This document shows, piece after piece, positions 42,601 to 53,807 of a stretch of DNA of 64,000 nt (positions are counted from its first letter, which is position 1; every line of letters starts with the position of its first letter). Below the pieces are notes generated by a model. It saw nothing but the letters and a program-made list of their open reading frames with translations, did not search any database and had not been told where the DNA came from. Location of the stretch: assembly GCA_965661355.1 (NCBI GenBank), contig CBFIDI010000001.1, positions 11,956 to 75,955 of the forward strand, in the 5' to 3' direction. The position numbers were made by a program, and so were the translations under genes. Source of the DNA: Rickettsiales bacterium (lineage in GTDB: Bacteria; Pseudomonadota; Alphaproteobacteria; Rickettsiales; UBA1997).

Positions 42601-43745
42601 AAGGCAAGAAAATTACTAATGATATCGATAAAATTAAATCTAGAGGCGAACTACGCAAAGAAGATTTGCATGATGTTTCTAAAAATATCTTAGCTAAAAT
42701 AGTCGTTGACGATGCTAAAACAATGGACAAAGCCGAAAAAATGGTAAAAGCCCATAATAGCGAAGTATCTGATATTGAAAAAGAGTTCAATGATAAAGTT
42801 GCTAAAATTAAAGCTGGAGACGAACTTGCGCAAGGTGTTTTGAAAATTGTGAAAGTTTATGTTGCTTCGAAATATCGTTTACAACCTGGCGATAAAATGG
42901 CTGGGCGCCATGGTAACAAAGGTGTTGTATCGAAAATTGCCCCTGTTGAAGATATGCCATTTGGCGAAGATGGCGAGCCGGTTGATATCGTATTAAACCC
43001 GCTTGGCGTTCCTTCGCGAATGAATGTTGGACAAATTCTTGAAACCCACCTTGGTTGGGCCTCTAAGAATATTGGCGTCCAAATTTGCAAAATATTTGAT
43101 GAAGCCGCTAATCAGAAAGCTGAACTTGCAAAAAACCTTCGAGAAAAATTAAAAAAGGTTTATTTCTTGGATAAAGAACAGGCAAAAATCAATGAAATGG
43201 ACGATGATAAATTGGTATATTTCGCTTCTAAGCTAAAGCGCGGCGTGCCATTTGCAACCGGTGCTTTTGAGGGAATAAAAGAAGAGCATATTGCTAATTT
43301 ACTTGAAGAGGCGAATGTTGATAAATCTGGTCAAATCACTCTTTTTGACGGCAGAACCGGAGAAAAATTTGACCGTCCAGTTACGGTTGGCTATATTTAC
43401 ATGCTAAAACTGCATCATTTAGTCAACGACAAGATTCATGCTCGCTCAATTGGACCTTACAGTCTTATTACTCAGCAACCACTTGGCGGTAAATCGCACT
43501 TTGGTGGTCAAAGGTTCGGAGAAATGGAATGTTGGGCACTTCAGGCTTATGGCGCAGCATATTCATTGCAAGAAATGTTGACGGTTAAATCTGATGATGT
43601 TGTTGGCAGAATAAAGATTTACGAATCTATAATTCAAGGCAACCAAAACTTTAATTGCTCGATTCCTGAATCGTTTAATGTTATGATTAAAGAGGTTAGA
43701 TCTCTGGGGCTTAATATTGAATTGATCGAAGATCAAGTAAAATAA
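39648..43745 (+). CDS. rpoB: DNA-directed RNA polymerase subunit beta
   Basis: 1365 aa. GTG start, with an AAGAGG ribosome-binding site 7 nt upstream. Motifs include [45 protein letters not shown] and [10 protein letters not shown]. Confidence 0.97.
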   Translation: [1365 protein letters not shown]

Positions 43746-43835
43746 ACTAAAAATTATATTGTCGGTCTATTAATTGACCGACAAAAGATAATGCAAGCAA
43801 TAAAGTTTGCATAGAAAAATTAAAAAAAGAAAATT

Positions 43836-46800
43836 ATGTCATTAGCAGGAACTTCTTCGCATGGTTTGTTAAGCGTTAATACAAACGCAGCTGTTGATCT
43901 TTTAGATTTTAACGCAATTAAAATATCGGTCGCAGACCCAGATAAAATGCGCTCTTGGTCTTTTGGTGAAGTTTTAAAACCAGAAACAATCAATTACAGA
44001 ACTTTTAAGCCCGAAAGAGAGGGTTTATTTTGCGCTAGAATTTTTGGCCCTATCAAAGATTACGAATGCTTATGCGGTAAGTATAAAAGAATTAAATATA
44101 AGGGTATTGTTTGTGAGAAATGTGGCGTTGAAGTAACCTCTTCAAAGGTTCGCCGCGAAAGAATGGGCCATATTGAATTAGCAGCTCCGGTTGTTCATAT
44201 TTGGTTCTTAAAATCTTTACCTTCAAGAATCAGTACCTTAGTGGGCACAAATCTCAAATCTATTGAGAAAGTTATTTATTTTGAAAGCTATGTAGTAACC
44301 GACCCTTTAATGTCACCAATGAGAGAGGGTGAAGTTTTAAGCGAAGACGAATATGAAAAAGCCTGTAACGAGCATGGACATGGCAGCTTCGTTGCCGAGA
44401 TGGGCGCAGAGGCGGTTCATAAAATATTAGCTGGACTTGATTTGGCAAAGTTACAAAAATCATTGCGTGAAGAGCTTTCGGTTCAGGTTTCTGATGTTAA
44501 AAAAGAGAAAATAATTAAAAGGCTTAAACTAGTTGAACAATTTTTAGAGTCGGATAATAGACCTGAATGGATGATAATGAAAGTTTTGCCAGTTATACCT
44601 CCGGATATCAGGCCATTGGTTATGCTTGACGGTGGCAGATTTGCAACTTCGGATCTTAACGAGCTTTATCGTCGAGTTATTAACAGAAATAATCGCCTAA
44701 GAAGATTAATAGAGCTTTCTGCGCCTGAAGTTATTATCAGAAATGAAAAAAGAATGCTGCAGGAATCGGTTGACGCCTTGCTTGACAACGGCAGAAGCGG
44801 ATCGGTAGTTAAAAACGCCAACAAAAAGCCTTTCAAATCGCTTAGCGACATGTTAAAAGGTAAGCAAGGTAGATTCAGACAAAACTTACTTGGTAAGCGT
44901 GTAGATTATTCTGGGCGTTCGGTTATTGTTGTGGGTCCAGAGTTAAAGCTTCACCAATGCGGCTTGCCAAAGAAAATGGCTTTGGAATTATTTAAACCGT
45001 TTATTTATTCTAAACTTGAATTATACGGAAAATCTCCCTCTATCAAGGTTTCAAAGAAAATGGTTGAATCTGAAATGCCAGAAGTTTGGGATATTTTAGA
45101 AGAGGTAATTAACGAACATCCGGTTCTACTTAACCGCGCACCTACGCTTCACAGACTTGGTATTCAGGCATTTGAGCCTGTTCTAACTGAAGGTAAAGCA
45201 ATTCAACTTCACCCACTTGTTTGCGCCGCATTTAACGCCGATTTTGATGGCGACCAAATGGCGGTTCATGTCCCTCTTTCTGTTGAGGCGCAAGTTGAGG
45301 CTCGTGTTTTAATGATGTCGACTAATAATATTTTAAGCCCAGCTAATGGTAAGCCAATTATCGTTCCTTCGCAAGATATTATTTTAGGGCTTTATTACTT
45401 GACAATGATTTCCAAAGATTTTGACAGCGAAAAAGCAAGACCAGTTGCAAGCCAGTCAGAGCTTGAGCATGCTTTGGCCTCAAAATCTCTTAGCTACCAT
45501 GACAAAATTCTTTATCGTTATGAAGTAAAAAATAAAGATGGCGAGAAAACCTTCCAAAAAGTTGAAACCACACCCGGAAGAGTAACTCTTTATAATGCCT
45601 TGCCGCATCTTTTGAAAAATAATTTTGACATTGCCAATAATGTAATGACTAAAAAAGCAGTTACAAAACTTATTGATGATGTTTATAGAAATTGCGGACA
45701 AAAAGAAACCGTCATGTTTTGCGATAGAGTTATGGCACTAGGGTTTAAAGAGGCCTGTTCGGCTGGTATTTCGATTGGTAAAGATGACATGGTAATCCCG
45801 CAAAGTAAACCTAGCTATGTCAATAATTCATTTGACAAGATCAAGAAGCTTGAAAAGCAATATCGCGAAGGCCTTATTACAGCCGGAGAACGCTATAACA
45901 AAGTTATTGATGAGTGGACACAATGTACTGAAGAAATTTCAAAAGAAATGATGAAGGAAATTGCCAATTACAACAAACCAATTGAGGCTAACTCAATTTA
46001 TATGATGGCAAATTCGGGTGCAAGGGGTTCTGAAACTCAGATTAAACAGGTTGCTGGTATGCGTGGCTTAATGGCCAAGCCATCTGGCGAAATTATTGAA
46101 ACGCCAATTATTTCTAATTTTAAAGAAGGGTTAGATGTAACTGAATATTTCATTTCAGCGCATGGCGCAAGAAAAGGCTTAGCCGACACGGCCCTTAAAA
46201 CTGCAAATTCGGGATATCTTACAAGGCGCTTGGTAGATGTTTCGCAAGATTGTATTGTTACCGAGCAAGATTGCGGCACCAAAGAAGGGCTTAAAATTGA
46301 GTCAATTATTGATGATGGCAGAGTTGTTGTGTCTTTGGCGGAACAGGTTTTAGGAAGGGTTCCTTCTGAAGATGTCGTAGATAGCAATGGCGAAATAATC
46401 GCTAAGGCTGGCCAAATGATTGATGAAGAAATATCAGATAAAATTGAAGAATCTGATGTTAAATATATCAGGGCAAGATCGGCACTTACTTGCGAAGCCA
46501 AAAAAGGCGTTTGCGTTAAATGTTATGGTCGCGACTTGTCGCATGGTGGTGAAGTTAGCGTTGGTGAGGCAATTGGCGTTATTGCAGCGCAATCAATCGG
46601 CGAACCTGGAACACAGCTTACCATGAGAACCTTCCATATTGGTGGAGCGGCGCAAAGAGGAGCGGAACAGTCTTCTATCTCGGCCATTGAGGACGGAATT
46701 GTTAAATTTGCAAGCAAGGGTACTATTGCTAATAGCCAAGGCAAGCTTGTAGTTGCGGCGCGTAATTTCGAAATTTCTTTGGTTGACGAAAAAGGCGTTG

Positions 46801-47963
46801 AAATTCATAGTTACAAACTTCCTTATGGCGCCTCTATTGTTCATAAAAACAAAGAGTCTGTTAAGAAAGGAATGCATTTAGCAGAGTGGGATCCGTATAA
46901 TATTCCGGTTATTGCTGAATTTGACGGTCAAATTAAATTTGCCGACTTGCTTGACAATATCTCGCTTCGTGAGAAAATTGACGAAGCCTCGGGAGTTTCA
47001 ACAAAAATCGTTATTGACTGGAAGCAGCACAGTAAGCAAGATTTAAAACCAAGAATTACAATTGGCGAAAAAGATTACGCTCTTTCTGTTAATTCAGTTA
47101 TTAACGCTTCAAATAATGATGAAGTAAAGGCTGGCGATGTTATTGCAAGAATTCCAAAAGAATCATCGAAAACAAGTGATATTACTGGTGGCCTGCCTAG
47201 AGTTGCTGAGCTATTTGAAGCCAGAAAACCTAAGAACGCTTCCGTCATGAGTGAAATTGACGGTGTTGTACAATTTGGAAAAGATTACAAAACCAAAAGA
47301 CGCGTTATTATTCAACCAGAAGATGCTTCTCAGGAAGTGGTTGAATATTCCATTGCCAAAAATAAACATTTATTTGTTGGCGAAGGTGACTCTGTCAAAA
47401 AAGGCGATATTATAGTTGACGGTAGCCCGGTTCCGCATGACATTCTTAAAATTCAAGGAATGCAGGCTTTTGCTAATTATATGGTTAACGAGGTTCAAAA
47501 AGTTTATCGTATGCAAGGCGTAAGAATTGACGATAAGCATATTGAGGTCATTTTGAATATGATGCTCAAGCGTGTTGAAGTTACAAATTCTGGTGAAACT
47601 ACGCTTTTAATTGGCGAAATTGTTGATCGCGATGTATTTGAAGAAGTCAACCAAAAAATGATTGCCAAAGACATGAAACCTGCACAATGTTCGCCAGTGT
47701 TGCTTGGTATAACCAAAGCTTCGCTTCAGACTAAATCGTTTATTTCTGCGGCGTCGTTCCAAGAAACTACCAGAGTTTTGGCTGATGCGGCGGTTCAGGG
47801 CAAAATTGATAATTTGGGCGGACTTAAAGAAAATGTTATTGTCGGCAGATTAATTCCGGCAGGAACAGGGCTTGTTACCGCTGATTATCGAGATATTGCT
47901 AGCAATAAAAATGAAAAAGTAACAATTGATAATTTAGAGACTGAAGAGTTAGTTGCTGAATAA
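43836..47963 (+). CDS. rpoC: DNA-directed RNA polymerase subunit beta'
   Basis: 1375 aa. Zinc finger [20 protein letters not shown] and the catalytic [12 protein letters not shown]. Confidence 0.97.
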   Translation: MSLAGTSSHGLLSVNTNAAVDLLDFNAIKISVADPDKMRSWSFGEVLKPETINYRTFKPEREGLFCARIFGPIKDYECLCGKYKRIKYKGIVCEKCGVEVTSSKVRRERMGHIELAAPVVHIWFLKSLPSRISTLVGTNLKSIEKVIYFESYVVTDPLMSPMREGEVLSEDEYEKACNEHGHGSFVAEMGAEAVHKILAGLDLAKLQKSLREELSVQVSDVKKEKIIKRLKLVEQFLESDNRPEWMIMKVLPVIPPDIRPLVMLDGGRFATSDLNELYRRVINRNNRLRRLIELSAPEVIIRNEKRMLQESVDALLDNGRSGSVVKNANKKPFKSLSDMLKGKQGRFRQNLLGKRVDYSGRSVIVVGPELKLHQCGLPKKMALELFKPFIYSKLELYGKSPSIKVSKKMVESEMPEVWDILEEVINEHPVLLNRAPTLHRLGIQAFEPVLTEGKAIQLHPLVCAAFNADFDGDQMAVHVPLSVEAQVEARVLMMSTNNILSPANGKPIIVPSQDIILGLYYLTMISKDFDSEKARPVASQSELEHALASKSLSYHDKILYRYEVKNKDGEKTFQKVETTPGRVTLYNALPHLLKNNFDIANNVMTKKAVTKLIDDVYRNCGQKETVMFCDRVMALGFKEACSAGISIGKDDMVIPQSKPSYVNNSFDKIKKLEKQYREGLITAGERYNKVIDEWTQCTEEISKEMMKEIANYNKPIEANSIYMMANSGARGSETQIKQVAGMRGLMAKPSGEIIETPIISNFKEGLDVTEYFISAHGARKGLADTALKTANSGYLTRRLVDVSQDCIVTEQDCGTKEGLKIESIIDDGRVVVSLAEQVLGRVPSEDVVDSNGEIIAKAGQMIDEEISDKIEESDVKYIRARSALTCEAKKGVCVKCYGRDLSHGGEVSVGEAIGVIAAQSIGEPGTQLTMRTFHIGGAAQRGAEQSSISAIEDGIVKFASKGTIANSQGKLVVAARNFEISLVDEKGVEIHSYKLPYGASIVHKNKESVKKGMHLAEWDPYNIPVIAEFDGQIKFADLLDNISLREKIDEASGVSTKIVIDWKQHSKQDLKPRITIGEKDYALSVNSVINASNNDEVKAGDVIARIPKESSKTSDITGGLPRVAELFEARKPKNASVMSEIDGVVQFGKDYKTKRRVIIQPEDASQEVVEYSIAKNKHLFVGEGDSVKKGDIIVDGSPVPHDILKIQGMQAFANYMVNEVQKVYRMQGVRIDDKHIEVILNMMLKRVEVTNSGETTLLIGEIVDRDVFEEVNQKMIAKDMKPAQCSPVLLGITKASLQTKSFISAASFQETTRVLADAAVQGKIDNLGGLKENVIVGRLIPAGTGLVTADYRDIASNKNEKVTIDNLETEELVAE

Positions 47964-47995
47964 TTTTTTGCGCAAATATTCTTAACTTTTAAAAA

Positions 47996-48027
47996 CCCGC
48001 CCAGAGTTATTTTGGGCGGGTTTTTTT
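47996..48027 (+). terminator. Rho-independent terminator after rpoC
   Basis: CCCGCCCA (47996-48003) pairs with TGGGCGGG (48013-48020). The stem is followed by a T7 run. Confidence 0.8.
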
Positions 48028-48171
48028 GTTATATGAAGATCCGCCTAGGATTTTTGTGGCGCCACTTTTAATTTATAATTTATAATTAAACTTTAGAGTT
48101 GTTGTAAAAAAATATCAAAAAGTGAAATCGGTTATTTTACTAATTAAATTTTAACGGATCAACGGCATATA

Positions 48172-48343
48172 ATGCCAAGCCTTGTCTTTAACAACTAATT
48201 TAGGGCTTAATAATTTAATTAATGAATTTATCATCATAAGCCGAGTTAAGGCCAAGACTCATGGTTAATTTCTTTGGCGATGAAGAGATTTAGCAATTAA
48301 GCCATAGCAGATAAGTTAGCGCTTAAAAGTAAAGCTTGATATA
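48172..48343. repeat. Palindromic MITE/RPE-like element, copy 2 (more degenerate)
   Basis: It shares with copy 1 the core AATTTAGGGCT[A/T]AATAATTTAATTAAT[A/G]AATTTAT (33 of 35 identical). The right half TTTGG[T/C]GATG..GATTTAG..ATTAA..GATAA.TT.G.GCTT.AA also aligns. The terminal inverted repeats are decayed. Confidence 0.6.
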
Positions 48344-48663
48344 GCATTTTTAAATAAATATTTTTGAATTATAGAGTTTTATTGAAAAATTGTCGTCGAT
48401 ATAAGCAATTCTTGACAATAATTTTTTGACAAAACTTTTGGCCCAAAAGATCATTTGATTGCCGAAAATGATGTAATGGCTGCTTGCATATATAAAAATC
48501 AATATAGAAATTTTATCTAGAAATTTCATCTTTTTAACAAAGCCTAGTCATATATTCTAATAACCGCGCCAGTCTTTCTAATAATTGTTTAAAAATATTT
48601 TGTTTTTATACATTTTTAAATATAGAATTTGGTTATAATATAATTTTGTTCAAATCTTTAGTA

Positions 48664-49668
48664 ATGGCAACAATAATTAATAAATTCAAAGAAAACCGAC
48701 GAGCTTATTATTCTTTTTTAGCTTTTTTTGCAATTTTTTTCATTTCGCTATTTTCAGAATTTTTAGCTAACGATAAGCCAATTTTAATGTATTTTGAAGG
48801 GCGAATTTATGCGCCGATATTTCAAAATGTTACAGAAAAGGAAATGGGCGGCATTTTTGCAACTAATGCCGACTTTCGCGATGAAGAGGTTATAAAATTA
48901 GTTGAAAAAAACCCTAAAAACTGGATATTGTTTGCACCAATTAGATTTTCGTACAATACAATAAACTATAAAATGACAAAGCCCGCGCCGTCAATGCCCA
49001 GCTCTGAAAATATTCTAGGAACTGACGATCAGGGACGAGATGTTTTAGCAAGGGTTTTATATGGAGTACGAGTTTCGTTACTATTTGGCTTTGCTTTGTC
49101 GTTTTTTAGCCTTGTTTTAGCGATTTTAATTGGTGCATTTCAAGGTTATTTTGGTGGTAAAATTGACATTTTAGGACAAAGATTTATTGAGATTTGGTCA
49201 GGAATTCCGGTTTTGTTTTTATTGATTATTTTATCTTCCATTATTACGCCCGGATTTTTCTCGTTGTTATTTTTGATGTTATTATTTAGCTGGCTTGGAC
49301 TTGCCGGACTTGTTAGAGTTGAGTTTTTGCGAGTTAAGAATTTTGATTTTGTGCTTTCGGCGCGCGCAATTGGAGCAAGTAATTTTAGAATTATGTCAAG
49401 ACATATTTTGCCAAATGCATCAGCGGTAATTTTTGCAAATTTGCCATTTTTAATAAGCGGATCGATCGTAACCTTGACTTCGCTCGATTTTCTGGGGCTT
49501 GGACTTCCAGCTGGATCGCCTTCGCTTGGAGAGCTTTTGGCGCAAGGCAAAAATAATATTCAGGCTTATCACCTAGGGATTGTTGGATTTGTAACAATTT
49601 CGACTATTTTAACTTTACTGGTTTTTATTGGCGAGGGCGCCAGAGACAGCTTTGACACCAGAAAGTAA
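48664..49668 (+). CDS. yejE: Peptide/microcin-type ABC transporter permease (YejE/OppC-like)
   Basis: The N-terminus MATIINKFKENRRAYYSFLAFFAIFFISLFSEFLANDKPIL parallels E. coli YejE. It also has GTDDQGRDVLARV and the EAA-like loop ARAIGASNFRIMSRHILPN. The track ORF starts earlier, at a TTG at 48646. Confidence 0.8.
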   Translation: MATIINKFKENRRAYYSFLAFFAIFFISLFSEFLANDKPILMYFEGRIYAPIFQNVTEKEMGGIFATNADFRDEEVIKLVEKNPKNWILFAPIRFSYNTINYKMTKPAPSMPSSENILGTDDQGRDVLARVLYGVRVSLLFGFALSFFSLVLAILIGAFQGYFGGKIDILGQRFIEIWSGIPVLFLLIILSSIITPGFFSLLFLMLLFSWLGLAGLVRVEFLRVKNFDFVLSARAIGASNFRIMSRHILPNASAVIFANLPFLISGSIVTLTSLDFLGLGLPAGSPSLGELLAQGKNNIQAYHLGIVGFVTISTILTLLVFIGEGARDSFDTRK

Positions 49669-50354
49669 ATCAAAAAATATGTATAATTCCTTTTATTTAA
49701 ATTTAAGATGGCGTAAATTAGCTTGCCTCTATTATTACCGGTAATGATGTTATCAAAATTCTGCCGAAAATCTTAGAAAATCAGGCGCCAAGGGTTAAGA
49801 AATATGTTGAGATGTATAATGTTTGAAGGCAGATAAATATTTTATATTTTTAACAAAATTATCGTAAAGACTTAGCTTCATATCACGGCAAAATATCGAT
49901 TTTTTTATCTGGCCTTAAAAGTTAAAATTAATATTACCCCAATTACCAAATTAAGATAGATTTTTAGTAAAAATTTATCAAGAATAAGATTTAATAAAAG
50001 CCGCACATATACAGATATAAATAAATCTTTTCATTAAAATTGCAGGACAAAAGCGTAAGAACCAGAGGTTAATTTTGATTTGGCAATTCACAATATAGCC
50101 ATTTATAAAATTAAAATTTAATTAGTAAAATAATTTCCAAAACTTTTGTAATATATCAGATAATTTGCTCGTTTTTTTACAATAGTAATTTCTTAGACTC
50201 CTTAATGATCAATTGTAAAGTTAAGCTGATATCGACTCTTAAGAAGAGAAAATAATAAGCAAGGTTCTAAAGTTCAATAAAGAAGAAAAAATCCTTCACA
50301 TTTGCAAAAATATGTTGTAAAATGAGCTAAATATTAAAAAATTAATTAAGAAAT

Positions 50355-51689
50355 ATGCCTATTGAAGTTTTAATGCCAGCCTTGTCACCAACCATGACAG
50401 AAGGCAATTTAGCAAGTTGGATCAAAAAAGAAGGAGACAAAGTCGAAGCCGGCGAAGTAATTGCTGAAATTGAAACAGACAAAGCCACAATGGAAGTTGA
50501 AGCCGTTGATGAAGGGGTTTTGGGTAAAATTTTAGTTAAAGAAGGAACTGAAAATGTTAAGGTAAATAGTGCCATTGCTCTGATTCTAGAAGATGGAGAA
50601 GACAAAAAAGAACTTGAAAATTATAAACCAGAAGAAGGTGGCGCTGAAAAATCTGAAAAAAAACCAGAAGACAGCCAGAGCGACAATAAGAATGAAGAAA
50701 AAGACGATAAGCAAAACGATAAAGAAGATAATAAAAAACAAGAAATCAATAAAATAGAAGAAAAAAAGCAACCAAAATCAACCGCCACAAGCGACAGTTT
50801 TTTGGTTGATGATTTACTTGGCGTTAAAGCAAGCCCGCTAGCAAAAAGAATTGCCAAGGAAAATAACCTAACTTTGGCGCAAATTGAAGGCAGCGGACCA
50901 AGAGGAAGAATTATTAAGGACGATGTTTTAGATTTTGCAAAAAGTGGTGGACCGAAAGGTGGCGCGGTTAGAAGAAATTCAAAGGAAGTTACCGAAGTTA
51001 AAAATAGTAATATTAGAAAAGTCATTGCTAAAAGATTGCTAGAATCTAAGCAGAAAGTTCCACATTTTTATTTATCGGCCGATTTAAATATCGATAAATT
51101 GCTAGATATGAGAAAATCTATTAATGAAGAGGCCAAAATATTAGAAAATGGTAAACCAGAATATAAAATTTCAGTTAACGATTTAGTAATTAAAGCCAGC
51201 GCCTTGGCACTGAAAAATGTTCCGCAGGCGAATAGCTCTTGGTCAGATGATGCGGTTCTGCTTTATAACAATGTTGACATTTCAGTTGCCGTAGCAATTG
51301 AAGATGGACTGATTACGCCAATTGTTAAGAACGCTGATCAAAAGGATATTATTGCAATTTCTGGCGAAGTAAAGTCTTTGGCTAAGAAGGCAAAAGAAGG
51401 AAAGCTTCAACCAGAAGAATTTCAGGGTGGAAGCTTTAGTATTTCTAACCTTGGAATGTATGCGGTAAATAATTTTCAGGCAATTGTTAACCCGCCTCAA
51501 AGCTGTATTTTAGCAGTTGGAGCTGGAATTAAAAAACCGATAGTTGATGAAGATAACAATATTAAATCGGCCACAATAATGAATGTTACATTGTCTTCAG
51601 ACCACAGATCTGTTGATGGGGCGGTTGGCGCAGAGTTTTTGGCGGCGCTTAAAAAATATATCGAAAAGCCAGTTTTGATGATTATTTAG
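50355..51689 (+). CDS. pdhC: Pyruvate dehydrogenase E2 (dihydrolipoamide acetyltransferase)
   Basis: Lipoyl domain [26 protein letters not shown], the E3-binding [11 protein letters not shown], and the catalytic [10 protein letters not shown]. Length is 444 aa. Confidence 0.92.
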   Translation: MPIEVLMPALSPTMTEGNLASWIKKEGDKVEAGEVIAEIETDKATMEVEAVDEGVLGKILVKEGTENVKVNSAIALILEDGEDKKELENYKPEEGGAEKSEKKPEDSQSDNKNEEKDDKQNDKEDNKKQEINKIEEKKQPKSTATSDSFLVDDLLGVKASPLAKRIAKENNLTLAQIEGSGPRGRIIKDDVLDFAKSGGPKGGAVRRNSKEVTEVKNSNIRKVIAKRLLESKQKVPHFYLSADLNIDKLLDMRKSINEEAKILENGKPEYKISVNDLVIKASALALKNVPQANSSWSDDAVLLYNNVDISVAVAIEDGLITPIVKNADQKDIIAISGEVKSLAKKAKEGKLQPEEFQGGSFSISNLGMYAVNNFQAIVNPPQSCILAVGAGIKKPIVDEDNNIKSATIMNVTLSSDHRSVDGAVGAEFLAALKKYIEKPVLMII

Positions 51690-51755
51690 CAACTAAATTC
51701 AAAGATTATAAAAGCCAGTTTTGATGATTATTTAGCAACTAAATTCAAAGATTAT
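51664..51755. repeat. Perfect 46-bp tandem duplication spanning the pdhC stop codon
   Basis: AAAAGCCAGTTTTGATGATTATTTAGCAACTAAATTCAAAGATTAT occurs at 51664-51709 and again at 51710-51755. Confidence 0.95.
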
Positions 51756-52710
51756 AATTTTGGATTTGACAATTTAAAACTAATATTGTTTAATTTTTAA
51801 ATATCAGCCGCTTAGATCGTTTTATTTAGCTAACGAGAAATTCAAATCTGAGTATATTTTTTTGCTCTGGATTCTATCTTTTGCTAACTAACAAAATGTA
51901 AACTAAGCCACATTCTTAGTCTAAGGCAACAAATGAAATTTGGAAAAATGTATAAAAAGTTCAAACTAATATTGGTTTTAATAATAACTTCTATATTAGT
52001 TTACAAAATATTCTTTAGTGCAAATAGCAAAGAAAACTTTAGCTGGATTTTTGAAGGGCAAGAAGAAAAACAGGTTTTGCCCGAATTATCAAATGAAGAA
52101 ATAGAAAAAAATAGCAAAATAGACTAAGTGTTTTTATGCTCAAAATTGTGTTTTAAGCCTGTTTTCTAGGCCACTTTCTTTGTTTTGGCGACAAAAACTT
52201 TACTAATGAATTCTAGTATATTTAAGTAAAACTATACATTTCACAACTTAGTTCATAAATTTTTGATGTAATTTATAAGGTGAAATTTCTTGAATTTATC
52301 TGAACTATGTCTAATTGCCAATTTTAAATGACAATTTATACCAAGCTCTATCTTTAAATGCTAAATATATCAAAAAAATATCCGCCTGTTATGCCTTGCT
52401 TTTGATAATAAATTTATTCATCAAATCTTGCCCCCCCTAGATTAGTACCTAAAAATATAATTTATTATATTTTATTTAATTAGCTTCATAATAAATGTTC
52501 ATTTTTCATGATAATTCTTTTGATAAAATTTCCTAACCCTTAAAAATTAATTATAAAATTAAAATGGAGCAACTTAATATTTCGTTGCTAGAAAATTGGC
52601 GTAATTTAGTGCAAAATTAATATTACCGCCCTGTTTTGTTGACTTTTTGACTTAAAAATACTAATATAAATCAATATATTTTTATATAAACACCAAAAAG
52701 CTAAACCCTA

Positions 52711-53631
52711 ATGCGTTCTTGTCGAATTAAAACAAAGTCAAATACTGACCTAATATTGTCCTGCCTTTTATTTGGCACTGTTCGGGTCGTGATTTTTATC
52801 TACTTTTTAATATTTTTTCTAACTGATAGCCTTTGGGCCGACGATGATAATTTAAACGATAGAAATCGACTTGCCAATAGAAGAAATGAAAGATTTTATA
52901 AGGGCGATATAGTAAGACATTTTATCTCTTTGAGTGGCGAATATGACTCGGACGAAAATAGCAAGCAGAAAATTATTAGCCTTGACCATTTTTATAAAAG
53001 CAGAGACTGGATTAGCGATGTTACGCTTAGAATGGAGACATTGGAAGAAAATGATTCATCGTCAATATTTAGCGAAAATAGACAGCATCTAGTGAAAGAG
53101 TCGGACGAATATAGGGCGATTATTGCTGAAAAAATTATCATTAACGACACAAAAAACTATTTAATATTTTTTAACGAGACAAGATATGATGATGAGGCCG
53201 ATAGCGCGTATTATGACATTGTAGTTTCGGGTGGCGTTGGCAGAATGTTTTTTAATGACAAGCTAGAGATTGACCTTGGATATGGCGTTTCTAGGGGTAA
53301 GCAAATTACCGATACAACTTTTGAAAGTGCGCGGCGCGATTATCATCGTCAAATTTTTGTGCCTGCTTTTCGTACGGAATTTAGGCTTTTTGATAAAACG
53401 CGCTTTATACAAAGGGGCTATGCCTATTATAGCGGCGATATAGATAGCTATTATTTATTGACCAGATTGCAATATCCGCTTTCAAAGAAAGTATATTTAC
53501 AATTTTCGCATTTATTTGACAAAAGAAGTTATGAACTTTATGACAATAGAACTTTTGACAGAATTGCAACTAGAAATGAAGTTAGAAGGCAAATTTTGCT
53601 TGGCTTCAGGTTTGATTTTGGCTCTAGATAG
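52711..53631 (+). CDS. Putative outer-membrane beta-barrel protein (DUF481/YdiY-like)
   Basis: A signal peptide ending in LWA-DDD, alternating beta-strand patterning, and GGVGRMFFNDKLEIDLGYGVSRG resembling the YdiY core. The C-terminus is LLGFRFDFGSR. Confidence 0.45.
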   Translation: MRSCRIKTKSNTDLILSCLLFGTVRVVIFIYFLIFFLTDSLWADDDNLNDRNRLANRRNERFYKGDIVRHFISLSGEYDSDENSKQKIISLDHFYKSRDWISDVTLRMETLEENDSSSIFSENRQHLVKESDEYRAIIAEKIIINDTKNYLIFFNETRYDDEADSAYYDIVVSGGVGRMFFNDKLEIDLGYGVSRGKQITDTTFESARRDYHRQIFVPAFRTEFRLFDKTRFIQRGYAYYSGDIDSYYLLTRLQYPLSKKVYLQFSHLFDKRSYELYDNRTFDRIATRNEVRRQILLGFRFDFGSR

Positions 53632-53807
53632 AGCGGCTAATTTTCTTTTTTGAAAAATGTGCAACAAAAATTAATTATTGCGATTTTTTGCTAAATTGAT
53701 AAGCTTTTTTGCTTTTGCGCCTCAAAATTAATATTTTTAAAAAAAAGCTTTGATTTTATTAAGTTTTTGTTACAATTGAGCTAGCGCAATGAACTGTTAA
53801 GCAAAAT

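Noticed and set aside
51933-52127. A 64-aa ORF with one hydrophobic helix upstream of the OMP/virB8 cluster, considered as a possible VirB7-like partner.
   Set aside because: It has no lipobox or conserved motif and sits in a long AT-rich spacer. The support is insufficient to call it a gene.
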